Assembly (NCBI GenBank): GCA_964447285.1 | Contig: CAYURO010000001.1 | Span: 1,010 to 65,009 of the forward strand | DNA length: 64,000 nucleotides | Source of the DNA: an uncultured Enterobacteriaceae bacterium | GTDB lineage: Bacteria > Myxococcota_A > UBA9042 | Direction: 5' to 3' | Position numbers and translations under genes: made by a program | Shown: positions 19,099 through 29,642 of the stretch, in pieces | Layout of the letters: every line of letters starts with the position of its first letter | Position numbering within the stretch: position 1 is the first letter of the stretch | Notes under the pieces: generated by a model | Told to the model about the DNA's origin: nothing | The model's input: only the letters and a program-made list of their open reading frames with translations | Database searches by the model: none

Positions 19099-19764
19099 TC
19101 ACGCGGCGGCGTCATCCTTGATGTCGCCCATCTTGTTGCGGTTGGCGACGATCAGGTTGAGCACGCGAACCGTGCCCTCGTCGATGTCCGCCTTGATTTC
19201 CTTGGCCTTGGAGGTCAGGACCGCAAACGCGAGCACGCCGATGATACCGGTCGCAAGACCGAACGCCGTGCAGTTCATGGCCTCCGAGATGCCCTGCGAG
19301 AGCAGGGTGGAGCGCTGCGACGGATCGACGTCCGGACGGCCGATGGCCGCGAACGTATTGATCAGACCCGAGATCGTGCCGAGCAGACCAGCCAGGGTGG
19401 CCGTGTTGCCGAGCAAGTTCAGGTAGTCGACGCGCTTCTCGATCTGCGGGATCTCGCGCAGATAGGCCTCGTCCATGGCCGCTTGGACTTCTTCGTCCGA
19501 GCGCTTCACCTTGAGGACGCCAGCGTGAACGATGCGAGCCAGCGGGTACTGGTAGGTCGAGCAGACCTTCAGCACGCGGTTCAGGTCGCCCTTGAGGATG
19601 GGCACTTGCAGGAGCTTGATGAACTCCTCCTTCTTCACGCTCGACCGGATGTAGAGCACGAAGATGCGCTCGAACATGATGGCCAGAATGAAGACGAGGT
19701 GCCCGAGGATGGGCCACATTCCCCAGCCGCCTTCTTCAAAAATCTCTGCGATGGAGTGAAACAT
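19099..19764 (-). CDS. MotA/TolQ/ExbB-family proton channel.
   Basis: ORF 19099..19764. It has three TM helices (WGMWPILGHLVFILAIMFERIFVL; LLGNTATLAGLLGTISGLINTFAAI; AFGLATGIIGVLAFAVL) and a cytoplasmic loop typical of TolQ/ExbB. Confidence 0.85.
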   Translation of the reverse strand: MFHSIAEIFEEGGWGMWPILGHLVFILAIMFERIFVLYIRSSVKKEEFIKLLQVPILKGDLNRVLKVCSTYQYPLARIVHAGVLKVKRSDEEVQAAMDEAYLREIPQIEKRVDYLNLLGNTATLAGLLGTISGLINTFAAIGRPDVDPSQRSTLLSQGISEAMNCTAFGLATGIIGVLAFAVLTSKAKEIKADIDEGTVRVLNLIVANRNKMGDIKDDAAA

Positions 19765-19802
19765 CGGTCGTCTGCTCCGTGAAGATGCTGTCTGCTCGAT
19801 AC

Positions 19803-19818
19803 CCGCACAGGTGTGCGG
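19803..19818. promoter_or_regulatory. Perfect 16-bp palindrome CCGCACAGGTGTGCGG (7-bp arms, 2-bp spacer) 39-54 bp upstream of the exbB start; candidate operator.
   Basis: Read directly from the sequence. It lies in the 573-bp divergent intergenic region between exbB (minus) and the gene at 20338 (plus). Confidence 0.25.
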
Positions 19819-20337
19819 CTGACTATGGACACCGCCCTGCTGCCCCCAGCTCTGGGGCCCCTACTTTCTGTCCGCCGACTTGTTGTCCGCCTCGCTTGGG
19901 TCCCGCTGCCATCGGTGTGAACCGGGTGCCGTGGGATTCTGTCGGGGAGGACTTCAGGGTACGAAACGAACGGAAGATAGGAGAATGCCCTTCGGTGTGT
20001 TCGGGGACCCTCCCCGTGTCGGCGTCGGATGCATGCTGTCATGCCGACAAGCGTTGCTGCGCGCCCTGACGGACGAGCCGAACGCCGCCGTATTTAGCAC
20101 CCCGCTTTCGGAGGGGTCAAGTCTCCGCGTCGTCATGACCGTGAAAGTTTGGGACGGACGTTCGGTTGGGCGGGGTTGAGGGACGTAGCGACTGAAAACG
20201 GAAGCGAAAACAAGAAGGTGGTCGGGGGCGCTGGTGAGGGCGCCAAAGGCCTGACGGGTGGGGCGAATTGACGCAGGGTCCCGGCGTGGTGTAGGCGACA
20301 CCCCAACCGCAGCCCCACGGGCCGCACAGGACGTGTC

Positions 20338-21036
20338 ATGCGCAGAAGCGACATCGAAGAAATTGAGGCCATGTTGGACGACGACCCGCGTGAGGCGCTG
20401 AGCTTGGCGAGTCGCATCGTTGATGAGTCGCCTGACGACCCGGACGGGTGGGCCTGGCGTGCAGAGGCGCAGATCGCCCTGGGTCAGGCTGAGAACGCCC
20501 TGAAGTCGCTGGCGGAGTACGTGCAGCGCGACCCGGAGTGGATCGAGGCGTATACGATGCGTGCGGTGCTGCTGACAGAGCTCGCGCGGTTCAGCGACGC
20601 CCACGTCGAAGTCGAGGTGGCTCGCGCGATCGATAGCGAGGACCCTCGGTTGCAGCGCGCCGAAGCCGTGTGGCACGAGCTGCAGGGGCACTTCCCCGAG
20701 GCCGACAAGCTGTACGCGCTTGCGGCGGAGGGCGACCCGGGGCTGTATCCGGCGCCTCCCCGGTTCGACCGTCCGCGGGCCCAGGCGGCGATTCTGAAGG
20801 TGCTGCGCGAGATCGCCAAGGACGGCCTGAAGTTGCAGCCCGTGTTTGAGGAAGTACCCGTGCCCGCACCGACCAAGGGTGGCAAGCTGCTGACGCGGGC
20901 GCTGGACCTGCGGGACAAGAGCACCGTCGTGGTCTATCTGCGCAACCTGGAACGCGAACTGGACGATGAGTCGCAGATCGAGGACTTGGCCGAGGTGTTC
21001 GAGGACTGTCTGGCGGAGCTGGTCGAGGCGAACTGA
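20338..21036 (+). CDS. Acidic cytoplasmic hypothetical protein with a TPR-like N-terminal half.
   Basis: ORF 20338..21036. Its amino-acid composition is realistic and acidic. The overlapping 383-aa minus-strand ORF (19954..21105) has an R/L/Q-rich shadow composition and was rejected. Confidence 0.5.
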   Translation: MRRSDIEEIEAMLDDDPREALSLASRIVDESPDDPDGWAWRAEAQIALGQAENALKSLAEYVQRDPEWIEAYTMRAVLLTELARFSDAHVEVEVARAIDSEDPRLQRAEAVWHELQGHFPEADKLYALAAEGDPGLYPAPPRFDRPRAQAAILKVLREIAKDGLKLQPVFEEVPVPAPTKGGKLLTRALDLRDKSTVVVYLRNLERELDDESQIEDLAEVFEDCLAELVEAN

Positions 21037-21058
21037 CCCAGAGCGATCGCAGTCCGAT

Positions 21059-22231
21059 TCAGGCGGCCGGGTCGCTTGCCGGTGGTGCAGCCCGGCGGCG
21101 CTCATAGGCCAGCAGGCGCTCCACAGGGGCCACCCGCTCCATCGCCGCCGTGACGTAGGCCAGTGATTCGACGGGGCGCTGCAGGTCGCGTAGGCCCCTT
21201 GCTGTGGCCACGGCGAGGATGGCCTGATCGCGTCGATGTGCGTTGACCAGCAGCCAAGCTGTCAGCTCAAACCGCTCTGCCAGCCGCACCCGGCGCTCAG
21301 CGTCGAACCAGCCCCGTACAACGTCGGCACGGCGGTCTACGAGCACGCGGCTCGCCTCAGCGTCGTCTGGAGGCAGCGGCGTCGCCAGCGGGAGGACCAG
21401 TCCGTCGTCCAGCCGTCGCAGGAGCGTCGGGTCAGCGGCCAGCCAGTTCTCGCACCAGGGATCGCGAGCCAGCGACTCGCCTTGCGCGATGCGTTCGTCC
21501 AAGTGCGCCTCGTCCTCCGCGTCCAGGGCAACCTCGATCGCGTGGATCGGCTGAGCCTCTGATACGGCGCGGCGGACCTCGGGAAGATCGCCCTCGACGG
21601 TCTTGCCGAGCGCGAGTCGGCGGTCGAGACCCCAGCGCAGCCGCCCTGCAGCGAAAGCAGCCGGAACTTCTACCGGAATCACGCTGAACTGAACCTTCAG
21701 CCGGTCCATCATCTCACGCTCATGGGTGCGCGAGGTGTCGGGCAGGTAGAGCGCCGACAGCAGGCCCTCTTCGTCGGAGACCACGCCAACCGCGCACCAC
21801 GGGCCGTCGATTGTCGACCAACCGCCCAAGAACAGCACCTGAGTGCCGATCTTGTCGAACGAGGTCGCGAAGCTGGGCAAGGGGTCGGGATGGGCGGCCA
21901 TGTCAACGGGGGGGCGGGCGGAGGTCCGATCGGGGACGATCACGCCGCGTTGCCGGGCGCGAAACAGCAGCTTTTTCGTGTGCTTGGCGGTCTCCTTGTG
22001 GACCGTGAGCTCGCCGAGGGTCGCGACCAGGGCTAGCAGGCCGCGGGCATCGGCCTCGACCAGCAGCGCAAGCTCGACGTCCGGACTCATGCCTCGCAGC
22101 GCAGCTTGGGTCACGGGGACCTCGCCGCTGAGGAGGGCCAGCGCCCGGACGACCTCGCCGACGCGCTGCGCTGGGGCCTGGCCCGTGCGGAGCCAGCCCA
22201 GAGCGGTGTTGGTGGCAGGGGAGTTGGGCAT
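21059..22231 (-). CDS. Hypothetical protein with no recognisable domain, encoded 7 nt downstream of gltX.
   Basis: ORF 21059..22480, trimmed to the ATG at 22231 (MPNSPATNTALGWL). The first 83 codons of the ORF would overlap gltX. Confidence 0.45.
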   Translation of the reverse strand: MPNSPATNTALGWLRTGQAPAQRVGEVVRALALLSGEVPVTQAALRGMSPDVELALLVEADARGLLALVATLGELTVHKETAKHTKKLLFRARQRGVIVPDRTSARPPVDMAAHPDPLPSFATSFDKIGTQVLFLGGWSTIDGPWCAVGVVSDEEGLLSALYLPDTSRTHEREMMDRLKVQFSVIPVEVPAAFAAGRLRWGLDRRLALGKTVEGDLPEVRRAVSEAQPIHAIEVALDAEDEAHLDERIAQGESLARDPWCENWLAADPTLLRRLDDGLVLPLATPLPPDDAEASRVLVDRRADVVRGWFDAERRVRLAERFELTAWLLVNAHRRDQAILAVATARGLRDLQRPVESLAYVTAAMERVAPVERLLAYERRRAAPPASDPAA

Positions 22232-22238
22232 GGGAAGA

Positions 22239-23845
<1,607 letters not shown>

Positions 23846-23889
23846 TGGGCGTTGGTCTCTTGGCTCGGCGAATGCCGAGTGAAGGGGGG

Positions 23890-24576
23890 TCAGGTTGGGG
23901 GCGGCTCGTCGGCCGCGAGGGGGTCCAACCGCGCGTCGCGCAAGAACTCCTGCACGCACTCGTGGTGGCGCAGGTCCGTGGGCAACGGCGCTTGAGTTGC
24001 AAACAGCGATTCCATTGCCGCGACGGTGGGGTCCAGTGCATCGTTGATGAAGACGTGCCATGGCATAGACGAAGCGACCAGCCCCTCCAACTCGCGACGA
24101 GCCGTCCGCAGGCGACGGCGCACGGTCGCGTCCGTCTCGGTTCCGCGTTTCAGCAGTCGCTCGACCAGCACGGGCCAGCTGGGCGGCAAAAGGAAGGCGA
24201 GCCGGGTGCGATCGGGCAACTGAAGGTACAGGTTCAGCGCGCCGACGATGTCGATGTCGAACAGGGCGTCGCGGCCTTGTTCGCGCATCCGGTCGATCTC
24301 GTGCAGCGACGTGCCGTAGAAATGGCCGTGGACCTCCGCCCACTCCGCAAAGCCACCGGCGTCACGCAGCTGTTCGAAGGCCGACCGGTCAACGAACCAG
24401 TAGTCAACTCCAGTGGTTTCGGTCGTCCGGATGGGACGAGTGGTGTGGCTGACGCTGAAGCCGCGCCGCGCGGGCTGCCGGTCGATCAGCCGGTGCGCGA
24501 TCGTGGTCTTGCCCGCGCCTGCGGGGCCGACAAGCACGATGAGGCGGCCGCCCTCTTCCCTATCCGGAGCCGTCAT
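23890..24576 (-). CDS. gmk: Guanylate kinase.
   Basis: ORF 23890..24576. It has a P-loop GPAGAGKTT, SVSHTTRPIR (guanylate kinase signature) and the C-terminal lid region typical of Gmk. Confidence 0.8.
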   Translation of the reverse strand: MTAPDREEGGRLIVLVGPAGAGKTTIAHRLIDRQPARRGFSVSHTTRPIRTTETTGVDYWFVDRSAFEQLRDAGGFAEWAEVHGHFYGTSLHEIDRMREQGRDALFDIDIVGALNLYLQLPDRTRLAFLLPPSWPVLVERLLKRGTETDATVRRRLRTARRELEGLVASSMPWHVFINDALDPTVAAMESLFATQAPLPTDLRHHECVQEFLRDARLDPLAADEPPPT

Positions 24577-25592
24577 GGAGCCCCCAGGATGCCGGCCGCC
24601 TCGAGCGCGTCTGAAGACAGCGCCTCTGGCACCGGGCGCCCTGCGTCCGTCAGCGCCTCGCGGATCGCCTCCTGCAGCTTGTCCAGCCCGTCGGTCAGTC
24701 GACCGTTCACAAAGAACGTCGGCGTGCCCTGCACACCGGCGGCGCTGCCCTCGGCGATGTCGGCGTCGATGGCGGCAAGCGCCTCTGGACTCGCGTAGTC
24801 GGCTTGGAACCGCTTGGCGTCCAGGCCGATCTTGGCTGCGAACCGCTTGAAGTCGGCATCCTCGAGTCGCTTGGCCGTGAAGAGCGCGTCATGCATCTGC
24901 CAGAACTTGCCTTGCCGATGCGCGGCCCAAGCGGCGCGGGCAGCGGGTTCCGCGCGCACGTGGTTCTGGCGAAGCGGAAAGCTCTTGAAATAGACGGTGC
25001 AACCGTAGTGCTTCTGCAACATCTCAATCGGTGCGGCGACCTTGCGGCAATACGGACACTCGAAGTCGGAGAACAGCACCACGGGCACGACCGCCGGTTC
25101 TGGTCCCAGCAAGGGGGCGCCAGCGTACTGGAAGGTTGCGACCGTGTTGAGGCGCTCTACCTCTTCCAGCAGGCTGCGGATCACTTCCTTCTTGGTTTGG
25201 CCCTCCCGCAGCAGGCGCACGATCAGCGCCGCCAGCTTGGGGGCGATCGTGCAGTCTCCGGCCTGAAGGGCGTCGGCCATCGTCCGCGGCTTGCCACAGG
25301 GGTCGAACTGCTCCGTCAGGATGTCGAAGAGGGTCTGACGATCACGCTCCGGCAGGTCCTTGGCGTCCACGCCCCGTGGCAGCGTGGCAGGCGCGGGCGC
25401 AGCGGCGGAGGCTGCCGTCGCGGTGGCCGAATTGGGCTCTGCGACATACGGGACCTCGCGTCCCTGACCGGAAGTCTCTGCGGCAGCGCGAGTCGAGTCG
25501 GCGTGCTTGCAGCCCGTGATCAAGGCCAGCAAGGCGAGCGCGAGGCAGAGGACGGTGCGACTGCGGCGCTGAGGAACGAACCTGGACAGCAT
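24573..25592 (-). CDS. DsbA-family thiol:disulfide oxidoreductase lipoprotein (thioredoxin fold, CPYC active site).
   Basis: ORF 24573..25760, trimmed to the ATG at 25592 (MLSRFVPQRRSRTVLCLALALLALITGCKH). The lipobox is LITGC with +2 Lys. The active site is FECPYCRK. The gene overlaps the gmk start by 4 nt. Confidence 0.7.
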   Translation of the reverse strand: MLSRFVPQRRSRTVLCLALALLALITGCKHADSTRAAAETSGQGREVPYVAEPNSATATAASAAAPAPATLPRGVDAKDLPERDRQTLFDILTEQFDPCGKPRTMADALQAGDCTIAPKLAALIVRLLREGQTKKEVIRSLLEEVERLNTVATFQYAGAPLLGPEPAVVPVVLFSDFECPYCRKVAAPIEMLQKHYGCTVYFKSFPLRQNHVRAEPAARAAWAAHRQGKFWQMHDALFTAKRLEDADFKRFAAKIGLDAKRFQADYASPEALAAIDADIAEGSAAGVQGTPTFFVNGRLTDGLDKLQEAIREALTDAGRPVPEALSSDALEAAGILGAP

Positions 25593-25728
25593 CGGTCTCC
25601 TGATGCGGGCCGCTGGCCCGACGAAACGGTGCACGGTAGCATGCGGTTCGATCGCTTCCCGATCAAGGCGGCAGCACCGCGGAATCCACCGCGCCGACCT
25701 GATTCCCCACTGCAGCGGGTGTCCTTCC

Positions 25729-26199
25729 ATGCCCCGGATCCTCCTCGCGCTGGGCAGCAACGTTGCCGACTCCGCCGCCTCGGTGCGCTTGGGCTGGGCC
25801 GCTGCGTGTCAGGAACTCGGACTGCGCGACGCGAAGTTGAGCGAAGTCGTGCAATCGCCCCCCGCCGAGGGGGCGACAGGGGGGCCGTTTGCCAACGCGG
25901 TGGGGCAAGGGCGGACGGAACAATCTCCGCAGCTCGTGTTGGCGGCCTGTCAGCGGATTGAGCAAGCGTTTGGCCGAGATCGCACCCGCGAGGGCTACCA
26001 CGGTGCGCGGCCCTTGGACCTAGACCTGCTTGACTGGGACGGCCGGTGCATCGACCTGCCGCTCTTGCAGCTGCCACATCCTCGGCTTTCGCTGCGGCGT
26101 TTCGTGCTGGAACCCCTTGCGCAGGTCGCACCCGATTTCGTAGATGCCCGCTCCGGCCGCACGGTCGCTGAACTGCTCGCCACCCTGCCCGATGTCTGA
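25729..26199 (+). CDS. folK: 2-amino-4-hydroxy-6-hydroxymethyldihydropteridine pyrophosphokinase (HPPK).
   Basis: ORF 25603..26199, trimmed to the ATG at 25729 (MPRILLALGSNV). HPPK motifs present: ALGSN, RPLDLDLL, LPHPRL, RRFVLEPL. Confidence 0.8.
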   Translation: MPRILLALGSNVADSAASVRLGWAAACQELGLRDAKLSEVVQSPPAEGATGGPFANAVGQGRTEQSPQLVLAACQRIEQAFGRDRTREGYHGARPLDLDLLDWDGRCIDLPLLQLPHPRLSLRRFVLEPLAQVAPDFVDARSGRTVAELLATLPDV

Positions 26200-26211
26200 A
26201 AGAGGAACTGC

Positions 26212-26922
26212 ATGCCCGTTTGTCTGAGCGCCCGTTGCCTCCTGTTCCCCCTGCTGGGTGCCCTGACCGGCGTGCTTGCGGGTTGCGAACACGACTCGCC
26301 CCCAGCGACGTCCTTTGTTCCGGCCGGTAGCGGCGGCTTGGCGCCCATGATCGCGTTGGTCGAAGTTCCGATCGGTCAGGGGCCGCAGCTCGAAGCTCTC
26401 TTGAGTGCCATCGAACGTATCGGCGTCGCCGAGGACGTCACGGAGTCACTGGTGGGGGCCGCCAAACAACTGGGGCCAACGGAGCTGGCTGCAAACCCCG
26501 CGGCCCGGTTGTGGGTCCTGCAGGCGATCTATCGTCTGGTGCTGTCAAAGAACTTTCGTGAGCGATTTCAAGAGGTGCGCGACCTGACCGGGCAGTTGCA
26601 CTCGGCCGCCCCCGACACGGCCGAGACCCGGTTCGCCCGGGCCTACTTGCGATGGATCCTGCTGGCCGATGGCAAGGGAGGGCTGCAAGCCAACGGCGTC
26701 GAGCGCGGCATCGTCGTCGATCTGGAGCACGATCTCGCTCTGTTGGTCGCACAGCATCCCGACTTCGTAGGGCCGAGTGGTTTCGACCATCCGCGACTCG
26801 AGACGGAGCTGAAGTCGGTGCGTGCGTTGCTGGCGATCATGCCCTTGCACGCCGTGCCTGCAGCGGCCGACGCCACGGCAACCGCGGCTCCAGAAGCGGC
26901 GACCCCATCCACAGTCCCTTGA
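26212..26922 (+). CDS. Hypothetical lipoprotein.
   Basis: ORF 26212..26922. The lipobox is VLAGC. No recognisable domain. Confidence 0.45.
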   Translation: MPVCLSARCLLFPLLGALTGVLAGCEHDSPPATSFVPAGSGGLAPMIALVEVPIGQGPQLEALLSAIERIGVAEDVTESLVGAAKQLGPTELAANPAARLWVLQAIYRLVLSKNFRERFQEVRDLTGQLHSAAPDTAETRFARAYLRWILLADGKGGLQANGVERGIVVDLEHDLALLVAQHPDFVGPSGFDHPRLETELKSVRALLAIMPLHAVPAAADATATAAPEAATPSTVP

Positions 26923-26938
26923 TCATCGGCGACGGAAT

Positions 26939-28210
26939 TCAGCGAGTGGACGTCGCGTCGGGCGGCAGCGGCGCCGCGGTCCACGCAGGCATCGGCAGTT
27001 GATCCGGCACCACGGCCGTCGCGGGACGACCTAGGGCAAACCTGCGCAACGTATCGCGATCGAGCAAGCGCAACGCGTTGCCCCGATACAGCTTTTCCAG
27101 AACCTGTGGAGGCAGCCCTACCGCGTCCACCTTCCAGCGACCCTGGATGGGCGAAGGGTGATCGATCTGCCGCAGCGCGGTCTCCAGGTAGCGGAAGTGC
27201 GCTTGGAAGAACGGCGCGACGTCCTCGATGCCCGGCTCTATCGCTCCGTTCGACCCGAGCATCAGGAAATCGCCACCCACGCCCATGTCGGTGCCGAACA
27301 GCACGCGATCTTGGTGTTTCAGGAAGAACTGCCGGACCTTGCCAGCTGGATGGCGTCCGAACTCACCGACTCGTGCCGCGATGTCGATCACGAGGTTCGG
27401 GTTGCGGTCCAGAAGCCCATCCACGTAGTCCAGATCCTCAGCAGCGTTGCCGAAGTGGACCGCGACGAACGTGGTGCGAGGATTCGCGCGATACAGCCGC
27501 TCAGTTCGCTGCAGAAGCTCAGGCCACGGCAGGACTTCCGGGCGGTCGGCATAGGACCAGTACGGGTGCACCTTCAGCTCGTCCCACCGCTCGTTCTGCG
27601 GGGTGGTGGGCAGCCAAAACGCACGCGGGTCGGCCACGTGGATCGACACGGGGATGCCCAGCTCGGCGGCCTTGGCCCACAGCGGCTGCAGTCGCGGATC
27701 GTCCGGCGCCACCAACCGGTCGTCCTGATCGACCGCGCCCAACCCCAGCGCCTTGGTGATCTTCAGGCCCCGGAAGCCATAGCGGTCAACGGCCTCCTGA
27801 AGTCGCGCCGCCTCTCGCTCTGCCCAGCCGCGTACGCCGAACATCGACCAATCCGGGCTGGCGAAGTTGATCACGCGCCCGCCGAACTGGTCGGCCAGCT
27901 CCTTTGCCGCAACCCAGTCCGCAGGGCCCTGTCGATAGGATCCGCCACTCAAGTTCACGACCTTCTCGATGCCGTTTTCAGTCAAGATTCGGACCAACCG
28001 CTCAGCGCCGGAGGGGTCCAGGTGTCCGTGCATGTCGATGATCGGTGGGCGAACCCACGTAGAGGGCACGGCGTGCGGAAGGGCGGGGTTGACGATCGCA
28101 GCGCGCACAGCTTCGGGGCGTCGGCAGGATGCCAGCGCCAGACAAGCCAAGCCGGCCGCCAGAAGAAACAGGGCAGCCAAGCGCGTTGGCGAAGAAACCG
28201 CAGCGATCAT
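26939..28210 (-). CDS. Secreted metal-dependent amidohydrolase-family (TIM-barrel) hydrolase.
   Basis: ORF 26939..28210. It has a signal/lipoprotein-like N-terminus (LAAGLACLALASC). Metal-ligand motifs present: IIDMHGHL, VHFGN, FGTDMG. Confidence 0.65.
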   Translation of the reverse strand: MIAAVSSPTRLAALFLLAAGLACLALASCRRPEAVRAAIVNPALPHAVPSTWVRPPIIDMHGHLDPSGAERLVRILTENGIEKVVNLSGGSYRQGPADWVAAKELADQFGGRVINFASPDWSMFGVRGWAEREAARLQEAVDRYGFRGLKITKALGLGAVDQDDRLVAPDDPRLQPLWAKAAELGIPVSIHVADPRAFWLPTTPQNERWDELKVHPYWSYADRPEVLPWPELLQRTERLYRANPRTTFVAVHFGNAAEDLDYVDGLLDRNPNLVIDIAARVGEFGRHPAGKVRQFFLKHQDRVLFGTDMGVGGDFLMLGSNGAIEPGIEDVAPFFQAHFRYLETALRQIDHPSPIQGRWKVDAVGLPPQVLEKLYRGNALRLLDRDTLRRFALGRPATAVVPDQLPMPAWTAAPLPPDATSTR

Positions 28211-28908
28211 GTCGGGCGCGGTCGCGTTGTGCGCTGTTCGATGGGCTTGCGGTGGTCGCGCCCCTGGAAGATCCGCTGCACGTAGATACCGGGGGTGTGG
28301 ACCTGATCGGGTTCGATCTCGCCCACCTCGACCAGTTCCTCAACCTCGGCGATCGTGATCTTGCCGGCCGCCGCGACCATGGGAGCAAAGTTACGGGCGG
28401 TCTTGCGGAAGACGAGGTTGCCGTAGCGATCGCCCTTCCAAGCCTTCACGAACGCGAAGTCGCCGCGGATGCCGCGCTCCATCACGCACATGCGACCGTC
28501 GAACTCCTGCACCTGCTTGCCTTCCGCGACGACCGTGCCGTAGCCCGTGGGCGTGAAGAAGGCAGGGATCCCGGCGCCACCGGCCCGCAGCCGCTCTGCC
28601 AGCGTACCTTGGGGGTTGAGTTCGACCTCGAGCTCTCCGGTCAGGTACTGCCGTTCGAACTCCTTGTTTTCACCGACATAGCTCGAGACCATCTTGCGGA
28701 CCTGCCGACTCTGCAACAGCACGCCCAGACCGTCATTCGTGGTGCCGGCGTTGTTCGACACGATCTCCAAGTCCTTGGTCCCCTTGCGCGCGAGCGCGGC
28801 GATCAGGTTCTCGGGGTTGCCGCACAGGCCAAAGCCCGACACGAGCAGCGTGATGCCGTCGCGCAGGTCGAAGAGCGTGCTGTCGGCGTCGGGGAAGACC
28901 TTGTTCAT
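28207..28908 (-). CDS. 3-oxoacid CoA-transferase subunit A (ScoA/AtoD-like) with no adjacent B subunit.
   Basis: ORF 28207..28908. The N-terminus is MNKVFPDADSTLFDLRDGITLLVSGFGLCGNPENLI, followed by EIVSNNAG. It overlaps the amidohydrolase start by 4 nt. No ScoB-like ORF lies within 20 kb. Confidence 0.7.
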   Translation of the reverse strand: MNKVFPDADSTLFDLRDGITLLVSGFGLCGNPENLIAALARKGTKDLEIVSNNAGTTNDGLGVLLQSRQVRKMVSSYVGENKEFERQYLTGELEVELNPQGTLAERLRAGGAGIPAFFTPTGYGTVVAEGKQVQEFDGRMCVMERGIRGDFAFVKAWKGDRYGNLVFRKTARNFAPMVAAAGKITIAEVEELVEVGEIEPDQVHTPGIYVQRIFQGRDHRKPIEQRTTRPRPT

Positions 28909-29075
28909 CGGATGGACCTCCAGTCCGCAGGGTGCGCTTCAGCGGATAGCACGGGGCGGACGCGCCGGTCAACGCGTCGGGAGATGCGGACGGGCCGACA
29001 CCGACCTTGGCAAAAAGCACGACGGGGAAGACCCTTGCGGATCCTCCCCGTCGCACGATCACGAACGTGAACAGA

Positions 29076-29642
29076 CTACTTGGCGGCCGGAGCCGGAGCA
29101 GCCGGGGCTTCAGGAGCCGGAGCCGGAGCAGCTGCGGGCGCACCCTCGGGAGCGGGGGCCGCGCCGGGGGCAGGCATCGCGCCAGGAGCGCCGCCTTCAG
29201 GCTGCTTGGGCATGTTCTTCATCATGGCGGCCATCAGGCGACCCATGAGGGGGGTCATCTTCTCTCGGCCGTACGCCTCGACCTGCTTCTTCTCTTCCTC
29301 GTTCAGCTTCTTCGAGAGCTCTTCGCCCTCGACCTTCATCGAATCAGCCGAAGCCTTGAACTTCTCGCCGATCGCCTTGACCTTGGCTTCATCGCCGCCG
29401 GCCGCTTCGACTTCGACGATCATCTTCTCGAGCTCGACGGTCATCTTGTCGATGAGCGTCTTGGCCTTGGTCACGTTCTCGGTCGTGCCAGCAACGGCAG
29501 CCACACCAGCGTCGGCCGCGGGAGCGGTGACGGCGGCATCAGCAGCAGGCTTGGCTTCTTCCTTCTTGCAGCCCCAGGTCGCGAGGGCGGCACACATCAA
29601 CGAAACGGTCAGCAGACCGCGCAGGGTGAACATGGAAAACAC
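29076..29642 (-). CDS. Small lipoprotein with a coiled/charged middle and a Pro/Ala-rich tail.
   Basis: ORF 29076..29642. The lipobox is LATWGC followed by KKEEAKPA. Confidence 0.45.
   Translation of the reverse strand: MFSMFTLRGLLTVSLMCAALATWGCKKEEAKPAADAAVTAPAADAGVAAVAGTTENVTKAKTLIDKMTVELEKMIVEVEAAGGDEAKVKAIGEKFKASADSMKVEGEELSKKLNEEEKKQVEAYGREKMTPLMGRLMAAMMKNMPKQPEGGAPGAMPAPGAAPAPEGAPAAAPAPAPEAPAAPAPAAK

Noticed and set aside
17577-19764. Direct assignment of the ExbB/ExbD/ExbD genes as the gliding motor aglR/aglQ/aglS or as a tonB-exbBD iron-uptake system.
   Set aside because: Family membership is clear, but orthology cannot be decided from this window. No TonB, TonB-dependent receptor or glt genes are adjacent, so the genes are named only at family level.
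19954-21105. 383-aa minus-strand ORF.
   Set aside because: Antisense to the acidic, well-formed plus-strand ORF 20338..21036, and its own composition is shadow-like.
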